Shown: in pieces, positions 57,005 through 64,000 of the stretch
Numbering within the stretch: the stretch's first letter is position 1
How the letters are laid out: every line of letters starts with the position of its first letter
Position numbers and translations under genes: made by a program
Assembly: GCA_038061925.1 (NCBI GenBank)
Contig: JBBTYD010000002.1
Coordinates: forward strand, 352 to 64,351
Reading direction: 5' to 3'
Source: Patescibacteria group bacterium
GTDB lineage: Bacteria; Patescibacteriota; Minisyncoccia; Phycocordibacterales; UBA9973
DNA length: 64,000 nt
Notes under the pieces: model-generated
Databases searched by the model: none
Told to the model about the DNA's origin: nothing
Seen by the model: the letters and a program-made list of their open reading frames with translations, nothing else

Positions 57005-59047
57005 ATGAATCAATTTTTATTGTTTGCAATTGTTAGTTCGGTGGTGGCTATTGCTTATGGTTTATTTTTAGCTAAGTCAATATTAAAAAAGAGCCCTGGA
57101 AATACTCGGATGCAAGAAATTGCCAAAGCGATTCAAGAAGGCGCGGAAGCCTATCTAAACAAACAATATAGAACCATTGGCATTATCGCTATAATACTTT
57201 TCTTCGTCATAGGTTTTATCCAAAAACTTGGTTGGGTAATGGCTTTCGGATTTTTGGTTGGAGCCATTTTTTCCGCTCTGGCGGGATATATCGGTATGAA
57301 TGTGTCAGTCAGAGCAAACGTCAGAACAACCGAAGCCGCCAGGGGCGGAATCAATGATGCGCTTTCTTTGGCATTCAAAGGCGGAACAGTGACCGGACTT
57401 TTAGTGGTTGGACTGGCGCTCCTCGGGGTAACTCTCTTTTATGCGATCACGAAAGACGTGACCGCGCTGATTGGACTTGGATTTGGCGCTTCCCTTATTT
57501 CCGTTTTCGCAAGATTGGGTGGAGGAATTTTTACAAAAGCGGCAGATGTCGGCGCAGACCTGGTTGGCAAGCTTGAGGCCGGAATCCCGGAAGACGACCC
57601 AAGAAATCCTGGAGTGATCGCAGACAATGTAGGTGATAATGTCGGAGACTGCGCTGGCATGGCCGCTGATCTGTTTGAGACCTATGCTGTTACTTTGGTC
57701 GCCACAATGCTTTTAGGCTCACTTCTTTTTGTAGGATTTAAAAATGCGATTGTTTTTCCGCTGGTTATCGGTGGAGTGGCAATATTCGCGTCAATTATTG
57801 GCACTTGGTTTGTGCGTTTAGGCCCAAAAGGTCAATCTAAAAACCCCGCCAAGGACGGGATAAACATAATGGGCGCTTTATATAAGGGTCTTATTGCTTC
57901 TGGTGTTATCGCGGCTATTCTATTCTATCCTGTCACTAAATTATTGATGGAAGGCAACGGCAAGTATACCGTAATAGATTTATTCATCTGCTCTCTCGTG
58001 GGTCTTTTTGTCACTGGAGCTCTGGTCGTCATCACGGAATACTTTACTTCTACAAAATACTATCCGGTAAAATCAATAGCCGAAGCGTCAGTTTCTGGCC
58101 ATGGCACAAATGTCATTCAAGGTTTAGCTATTTCAATGAAATCTACCGCTTTACCTTTAATCACAATCGTTCTCGGAATATTAATCAGCTACTACTATGG
58201 CGGACTTTATGGAATCGCTGTCGCCGCAATGTCTATGCTCTCAATGACGGGAATTATTGTGGCCATAGACGCATATGGTCCGATTACAGATAATGCGGGA
58301 GGGATTGCCGAAATGGCAGAATTGCCCAAAGAAGTCCGCGATGTGACTGATCCGTTAGACGCCGTGGGAAATACCACCAAAGCTGTTACAAAAGGTTACG
58401 CCATTGGTTCGGCTGGACTTGCCTCTCTGGTTCTGTTTGCTTCTTATACGGAAGAAATCGTAAAAGCTGGTAAAAGTATAACCTTTGATTTAAGCAATCC
58501 GTACGTAATTGTCGGTCTTTTTCTCGGAGGACTTCTGCCTTATTATTTCGGCGCGCTTTGTCTGGAGGCGGTCGGAAAGACGGCGGGCAAGGTGGTTGAA
58601 GAAATTAGAAGACAGTTTAGGGAAATAAAAGGAATTATGGAAGGCAGAGCAAAACCAGATTATGCCAAAGCCGTATCAATTATTACGGGCGCGGCCATAA
58701 AACAAATGATCTTGCCAGCTCTAATACCAGTACTGGCGCCAATTCTAGTAATTTTGATTTTTGGCAAAGAAAATGGATTGGTAGTTTTGGGAGGACTCCT
58801 CGTCGGTTCCATTATTACTGGACTTTTTGTCGCTATTTCAATGACTTCCGGCGGGGGCGCATGGGATAATGCCAAGAAACATATAGAACAAGGCAACCAT
58901 GGCGGAAAAGGAAGTGAGGCTCATAAAGCCGCGGTGACTGGCGATACGGTCGGCGACCCCTATAAAGACACCGCCGGTCCGGCGATCAACCCGATGATAA
59001 AAATCTTAAATATCGTTGCGTTGCTTTTGGTGGCTTTCTTGATATAA
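57005..59047 (+). CDS. hppA: Membrane H+-translocating pyrophosphatase, K+-independent type
   Basis: [31 protein letters not shown]; Lys in GNTTKA is the K+-independence determinant. Confidence 0.95.
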   Translation: MNQFLLFAIVSSVVAIAYGLFLAKSILKKSPGNTRMQEIAKAIQEGAEAYLNKQYRTIGIIAIILFFVIGFIQKLGWVMAFGFLVGAIFSALAGYIGMNVSVRANVRTTEAARGGINDALSLAFKGGTVTGLLVVGLALLGVTLFYAITKDVTALIGLGFGASLISVFARLGGGIFTKAADVGADLVGKLEAGIPEDDPRNPGVIADNVGDNVGDCAGMAADLFETYAVTLVATMLLGSLLFVGFKNAIVFPLVIGGVAIFASIIGTWFVRLGPKGQSKNPAKDGINIMGALYKGLIASGVIAAILFYPVTKLLMEGNGKYTVIDLFICSLVGLFVTGALVVITEYFTSTKYYPVKSIAEASVSGHGTNVIQGLAISMKSTALPLITIVLGILISYYYGGLYGIAVAAMSMLSMTGIIVAIDAYGPITDNAGGIAEMAELPKEVRDVTDPLDAVGNTTKAVTKGYAIGSAGLASLVLFASYTEEIVKAGKSITFDLSNPYVIVGLFLGGLLPYYFGALCLEAVGKTAGKVVEEIRRQFREIKGIMEGRAKPDYAKAVSIITGAAIKQMILPALIPVLAPILVILIFGKENGLVVLGGLLVGSIITGLFVAISMTSGGGAWDNAKKHIEQGNHGGKGSEAHKAAVTGDTVGDPYKDTAGPAINPMIKILNIVALLLVAFLI

Positions 59048-59089
59048 TAGGATGGGTTTTATTAACAATCTAATATCTAGAAAATATCT

Positions 59090-59776
59090 ATGAAAAAATA
59101 TTTAGGTTTATCGACTATTTTGTTTATTGTCTTGGCAATGGCATTTGTTATAAACATTAATGCGACAAGAGCAGAAGATAATGCATCTTCTAATATTTCA
59201 ACAGGCACAAAAATTAAAACTCAGGCTGATTTAAAAAAAACAATAGAAATTTCTGAAAGAGAAAAAGTTAAAAAACAAATAGAAGTTGCTCGAGAAGAAG
59301 CAAAGCAAAAAATGGAAATCTTGAAAGAAAAAATCAAAGAAGAAAAAAACACAGCTAAAGCAAAAATAAAAGAGACAAGGATCACTGGACGAGAAAACGC
59401 GCTTAAGAGATTTGATGTAGCGGTAGAAAGAATAACTGGTCTAAAAGATAAGATAGTCGCAAGAATATCTGCTCTTGAACTGAAAGAAATAGACGTTACT
59501 AGCGCAGAAAGTTTTATAGCAACAGTTGAAACAAAATTAAATGCGACTAAAGCGAAAATTATAGAAGCTAATGTCTTACTTGCTACTTCAATTAACGAAC
59601 TTACTCTAGAAAACAAAACAAAACTAAGAACATTGACACAGGAAATACAAACATTACTTAGAGAAACTCATGATGCATTGAAGGATTCAGTGAAAGCGCT
59701 GAGAGAGGCAATCAAAGTAAAAATGGAGGCTAAAACTAAAGTTGAAACTTCTCCAACAACAGAAACTAATCAATAA
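59090..59776 (+). CDS. Secreted coiled-coil protein
   Basis: Signal peptide followed by K/E-rich helices. Confidence 0.7.
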   Translation: MKKYLGLSTILFIVLAMAFVININATRAEDNASSNISTGTKIKTQADLKKTIEISEREKVKKQIEVAREEAKQKMEILKEKIKEEKNTAKAKIKETRITGRENALKRFDVAVERITGLKDKIVARISALELKEIDVTSAESFIATVETKLNATKAKIIEANVLLATSINELTLENKTKLRTLTQEIQTLLRETHDALKDSVKALREAIKVKMEAKTKVETSPTTETNQ

Positions 59777-59805
59777 ATATTTTATAACTTTTAACTAAAC
59801 ATATT

Positions 59806-60039
59806 ATGGAACCAGAAAAAAAATCAAATGGAGCGCTTGTTGGATTAGTAGTCATAATTATCATCCTTGTTCTTGGTGGAGTATATATATGGCAGTCAAA
59901 TAAAAATACTCTAGAAAAAAATCCTGCAAATTCTGAAACTGTTACCAATCAAGATTCCACTGACCTCAATACGTTGGATCAAGATCTTAATACCATAGAC
60001 ATTGATGTTGGCGCAAATGTCATAAACAGTGTTGAATAA
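59806..60039 (+). CDS. Small single-TM protein
   Basis: KKSNGALVGLVVIIIILVLGGVYIW followed by an acidic tail. Confidence 0.7.
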   Translation: MEPEKKSNGALVGLVVIIIILVLGGVYIWQSNKNTLEKNPANSETVTNQDSTDLNTLDQDLNTIDIDVGANVINSVE

Positions 60040-60056
60040 GAAAACTAAAACAAGAG

Positions 60057-60098
60057 AAAAAATACCATGCCAGCTCAGGTCGGTGTGGTATTTTTTTT
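60057..60098 (+). terminator. Intrinsic terminator
   Basis: AAAAAATACCATGCC..GGTGTGGTATTTTTTT. Confidence 0.6.
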
Positions 60099-60131
60099 GA
60101 CAAAACATTTTAATATATATAAGATAACCAA

Positions 60132-61217
60132 ATGTTAAAAATAAAAATCACTAAACTGCCAAAAAGCGAGGTGGAAATAGAAGGAGAATTGGAAACGGAG
60201 ATATTTGAAAGTTATTTCGAAGTGGCGCTGAAAAAGCTTGGTGGAAATCTTAAATTAGACGGATTTAGAAAAGGCAAAATACCAGAAAGTGTTCTCCTTT
60301 CTAAAGTTCCGGAAATTCACATTTTGGAAGAAATGGCGGAGCTGGCGCTCGCGGAACACTATCCTAAAATAATCCAAGGAGAATTTTCGCCTGAAAAAAT
60401 TGATGCGATAGGGAGACCCGAAATTTCTATCACCAAATTGGCTCGAAAAAATCCTCTGGGATTCAAAATAAAGACGGCGGTCTTGCCAGAAATAAAACTC
60501 CCCGATTATAAAAATATCGCGAGAGAAATAATATCAAAGATTACGGACGCAGAGAAAAATATTGTCGTGACGGCTGAAGATTTGGAAAACACCATTATGG
60601 ATATTAGAAAATCTCGCGCGCCTAAAAAGCATGTTGCTGAAACCCCGAATTTAAAGGACGGTCCCTTAGAGAGCCCCCCAAAAGACCGTCCTTTGGAGGA
60701 ATTGCCAGAATTTAATGACGAATTTGTGCAAGCGCTTGGACCATTTTCTAATGTGGAGGATTTTAAAATAAAATTAAAAGAAAATATAAAGTTGGAGAAA
60801 GAAAATCAAGCCAAAGAAAAAACAAGGTTAAAAATTATTGAGAAAATCATAGAAGATAGTGTCATGGATATGCCAAATATTTTAATTGAAGTTGAATTGG
60901 ACAAAATTTTATACAGAATGGAGTCCGACATTACCCAAATGGGGCTTAAATTTGAAGATTATTTAAAACATCTAAACAAAACAAAAGAGAATCTGAGAAG
61001 TGAATTCAGAAATGACGGGGAGAAAAAGGCTAAATTGGCTCTAATCTTGAATGAAATAGCAAAAGTTGAAAAGATAGTGGCCGAGGAAGAACAGATTGGA
61101 AAAAAAATTGCGGCCATCTTAGAGCACTATAAAGACGCAGACAAAGAGCGCGCCAGAATGCATGCCGAGAATATTCTCACGAACGAAAAAATATTCCAGT
61201 TTTTGGAAAGCTATTGA
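60132..61217 (+). CDS. tig: Trigger factor (PPIase domain largely absent)
   Basis: LDGFRKGKIP, LPEIKLPDY, LPEFNDEF, C-terminal SurA-like helices. Confidence 0.93.
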   Translation: MLKIKITKLPKSEVEIEGELETEIFESYFEVALKKLGGNLKLDGFRKGKIPESVLLSKVPEIHILEEMAELALAEHYPKIIQGEFSPEKIDAIGRPEISITKLARKNPLGFKIKTAVLPEIKLPDYKNIAREIISKITDAEKNIVVTAEDLENTIMDIRKSRAPKKHVAETPNLKDGPLESPPKDRPLEELPEFNDEFVQALGPFSNVEDFKIKLKENIKLEKENQAKEKTRLKIIEKIIEDSVMDMPNILIEVELDKILYRMESDITQMGLKFEDYLKHLNKTKENLRSEFRNDGEKKAKLALILNEIAKVEKIVAEEEQIGKKIAAILEHYKDADKERARMHAENILTNEKIFQFLESY

Positions 61218-61269
61218 GTCATTACATATCTTTGAATTACAAAACACCACAAAGCCATTTTCCCACTGT

Positions 61270-61316
61270 GAATTACGAAACTCCGCTTTTCAATTAAATT
61301 AGGAGTTTCGTAATTC
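61270..61316. terminator. Inverted repeat between convergent genes
   Basis: GAATTACGAAACTCC..GGAGTTTCGTAATTC. Confidence 0.65.
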
Positions 61317-61345
61317 AAGGTTTAAGAGAAATAATACGACTCTAT

Positions 61346-64000
61346 TTATATTTCATTTCCACTTTCAGAGCCTGAGGATGGAATTTCTATCTGAGGTTCG
61401 GGAATATTTGGGATTTCATTCTCGTTAGAAGAGTCTGATGATGGAATACTGTTTCCTGATCTAATTGCAGAACTAGGTGCTGGGATATCTGGAAATTCAT
61501 TTCCGTTCTCAGAACCTGATGATGGCACATATGGTGGAGGCGCTATTATTTCAAAGGTGTCTCCCCACTCTGCCTCTGCAGAATCTTTTCCAGCAAAATC
61601 TCGGGCGATTACTTTGATTTTGAATCCTTTTCCAAGAAGATTTCCAGGAATATTCCAAGCGTAAGTTCGGGTACCAGTGAGAAGCCCATAGTCAAAACCA
61701 ATGAGATGCCAAGTGGAATCATGAGGGTCAAAGTAATAGAAGGAAGCGCTTTCAATAATTCCATTGCCATTTAATCCGATATCGTCGTTGACGCTGTACT
61801 GGATCAACTTTGTTGAATTGTTTAGCATTATCTTGTCAGATTCTCCGACAATAAAGACGTTGGTAACGATCGGATCTTGTGTATCTGGTTTCAGATTAGT
61901 ATAGACATCCACCAGAGAGAGCGCATTATTGGAAGTTTCGTATTTTTTTACATAATTCTCATAACGGAAATTAGATACTCGAGCATAACCCGATCCCCAA
62001 GGAACATTATTTTGAGTGTAATCGCCATTCTCTAGAGAGGTGGCGGTCGTGGATGCAGTCACGCCTAAAACATCTACCCCAGCAATCGCTCCGCCTAAAG
62101 ATTTTACTTTTCCAGATACGGAACCGGCAATATAGTCGCTTGGATTGGAACTTGCTTTTACTTGTACAGGGGTTGAATAAAAATAAACAAGTCCATTTTG
62201 CGACAATGTCCCTAGTGTTATTTCATACAGTTGGTCCTGTTGAAATCCTTGAAGAGTAGTGTCCGATCTCGTAGGTGAAATGACATCATAATATGACCAT
62301 GCGGTTATTCCCATCTTCCTATACATAAGGCGTACATTTATCAAATTCGGGTCAGTCTTGACTGGCCAACGCCATGTGATCGCAGGCAAACCTGTGCTTG
62401 AAACACTTTTATACGCAACAAAGTACATCGGAAGCGCAGAACGGTTGGTGGAATCTGGAGCGTATGAGAGCGTTTCTTCATAAAGCGAGCCGGGATGAAT
62501 AACACTGTTTGTGCCTTCGACGAAAACTTTGAATAAAACATTACCTAGGTAATTTCTGGTGTTAGATATTTCCACAGTAAGATTTATGGTCGAACCAGCA
62601 TTCACGACAATGCCATAGGTTCTAAAATCAAAAGAATCAGTATGGTAACCGTCTGCAATAATGTGAAGTAGGCCAGTATCAACAGCCGTATTGCCAGTAT
62701 TAGTCATTACAATATTGAACTCCGTTGCAATCCCAGTTTGGAGCGTCACTAAAGGCGCAATATCAGTGATGACAAGTTTTCCTGAATCTGTAGAAATAGA
62801 TAACGCCTTCAATACTTTTGCAGTCGTATAGAGATCGTTTTCAAAACTACCGTTGCTTGCCTGATGACCTTCAAAATAATCCACAGTTTCGAGTTGGTGG
62901 ACTGGGATTCCCCCGGCTGTCTTTATGACATGATATGCCAACGCAGTATTCAATATATTATCTCCCCATGTGCCGTTTGTTTTCTGTGTGCTTGTCAAGG
63001 ATGAAACTGCAGGGAGAAGGGTGTCATCCACCTTTGTAGCGCCGAGTGTTCGATGCTTCCAGAGGAGTAGGGCTTCGATGACTTCACTTGAGACCGGAAT
63101 GGAGCTCACTCCGCCCGGAAATACGCTCCAGCCGTTATCAAAGCGTTTGGTGTTAATGAGATATTTTAGCGCAAGAGATTGAGTAGCGTTTGGTTCGTCG
63201 CCTGGATTTTCGTAGCCAGCAGCAAAGAGCGCTTGGATTACCCGAGCCGTCGTAAGAGGATCAACTTTATAATTACCATCAAAAGGAAACCCACCGAGAA
63301 CAGTGTCTTGGTCATATACCAAAATTTCAGCGGTGCTTGCTGGCTCACCCGCAGAAATTATGACCTTCAGTTTCTGCGCCATATAATCATTATTATCCGC
63401 AAAATAAGCGCTAATCCATTCAATGCCTTTATCTGTCGCAGTGTTCGTTATGCCTTGTGCATGAAACGCTTCAAGCACTGCGACTGTTGTAATGAATTTG
63501 GTAGAATTATTTGTTCCCCACGATCCATCTGCATTTTGTTTCGTGGCAAGATAAGCAATTGCTTTTTCACTGACCAAGACACCGACACCACTTTTTTGAA
63601 TTGCTGAAACTTTTCTCGTTTTGTTTTTGGTGTCTATCGTTTTTATATTAATAATTTTAACAGTTGGCTCGACGCCGGTAAGAACAGCAGGATCAAGTGT
63701 TTTCGTGTTCGAGACATTTATCATAGTGTCTTGTGGCTGCACCAAGTCCTGCGTATCTAGCTCAAGATAATCTTTTGGCAATATTATTCCTTGGTCAATT
63801 AGACTTTTTGCTATGGAAAATTTTAGACCATCATCCAGATATTTTTTCGGTTCAGTCTTTATCCACGGCAATATGAATCTTTTTTGGCCGATTGCTGTTT
63901 TTTCATCTCGGTATAACTTTATAATTTCTTTGATGTTGTCGGAAATAGCGAGCGTGTTTAGCGCTTCTTCAGAATTTAGAGCGACACTTTTGCCATTTAG
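61346..64000 (-). CDS. Large multidomain exported protein (QW/prenyltransferase-like repeats, CARDB/Ig, FN3-like); 5' end lies beyond the window
   Basis: QNADGSW, QKTNGTW, QASNGSF repeats; MTNTGNT; frame stays open from 63871 to 64000. Confidence 0.75.
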   Translation of the reverse strand, partial: LNGKSVALNSEEALNTLAISDNIKEIIKLYRDEKTAIGQKRFILPWIKTEPKKYLDDGLKFSIAKSLIDQGIILPKDYLELDTQDLVQPQDTMINVSNTKTLDPAVLTGVEPTVKIINIKTIDTKNKTRKVSAIQKSGVGVLVSEKAIAYLATKQNADGSWGTNNSTKFITTVAVLEAFHAQGITNTATDKGIEWISAYFADNNDYMAQKLKVIISAGEPASTAEILVYDQDTVLGGFPFDGNYKVDPLTTARVIQALFAAGYENPGDEPNATQSLALKYLINTKRFDNGWSVFPGGVSSIPVSSEVIEALLLWKHRTLGATKVDDTLLPAVSSLTSTQKTNGTWGDNILNTALAYHVIKTAGGIPVHQLETVDYFEGHQASNGSFENDLYTTAKVLKALSISTDSGKLVITDIAPLVTLQTGIATEFNIVMTNTGNTAVDTGLLHIIADGYHTDSFDFRTYGIVVNAGSTINLTVEISNTRNYLGNVLFKVFVEGTNSVIHPGSLYEETLSYAPDSTNRSALPMYFVAYKSVSSTGLPAITWRWPVKTDPNLINVRLMYRKMGITAWSYYDVISPTRSDTTLQGFQQDQLYEITLGTLSQNGLVYFYSTPVQVKASSNPSDYIAGSVSGKVKSLGGAIAGVDVLGVTASTTATSLENGDYTQNNVPWGSGYARVSNFRYENYVKKYETSNNALSLVDVYTNLKPDTQDPIVTNVFIVGESDKIMLNNSTKLIQYSVNDDIGLNGNGIIESASFYYFDPHDSTWHLIGFDYGLLTGTRTYAWNIPGNLLGKGFKIKVIARDFAGKDSAEAEWGDTFEIIAPPPYVPSSGSENGNEFPDIPAPSSAIRSGNSIPSSDSSNENEIPNIPEPQIEIPSSGSESGNEI

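Noticed and set aside
1010-63607. Numerous antisense or overlapping ORFs in the track (e.g. 6114-6668, 13608-14243, 14877-15527, 38274-38675)
   Set aside because: They lie opposite well-supported genes and show no family motifs, so they are shadow ORFs.

Overview
AT-rich chromosomal segment with most genes on the minus strand. Gene content and style point to a Patescibacteria/CPR (Parcubacteria-like) genome; this is an inference from the stand-alone PaaX/Cas2-like genes, IleRS domain insertion, split comEC, S-layer-like proteins and an unlinked 23S rRNA. It carries the 5' end of a 23S rRNA with its own promoter, rplJ-rplL, a surface-protein cluster, ftsK-recA-efp, rpsF-ssb-rpsR, four aminoacyl-tRNA synthetases, dut/tmk/glyA, comEC, sod, rnhA, recJ, pgk/tpiA, a type IV pilus operon, nusA, hppA and tig. 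The strongest signals lie below gene level. (1) Two stand-alone wHTH/Cas2-like (PaaX-type) genes are each bracketed by their own pair of ~42-bp dyad-symmetric direct repeats with a shared GC(T/G)ATAGC centre. Each lies downstream of a tRNA synthetase and upstream of a nucleotide hydrolase. (2) Four hairpin elements share a near-invariant 28-nt core but have locus-specific long stems; three punctuate ftsK-orf-recA and one sits in-frame in recJ. (3) Many other short palindromes are inserted in-frame in core proteins. (4) The 23S leader has a terminator/antiterminator pair. (5) A wHTH gene is packed with an iteron-like TGTCY motif. All calls were made by eye, with no database searches.
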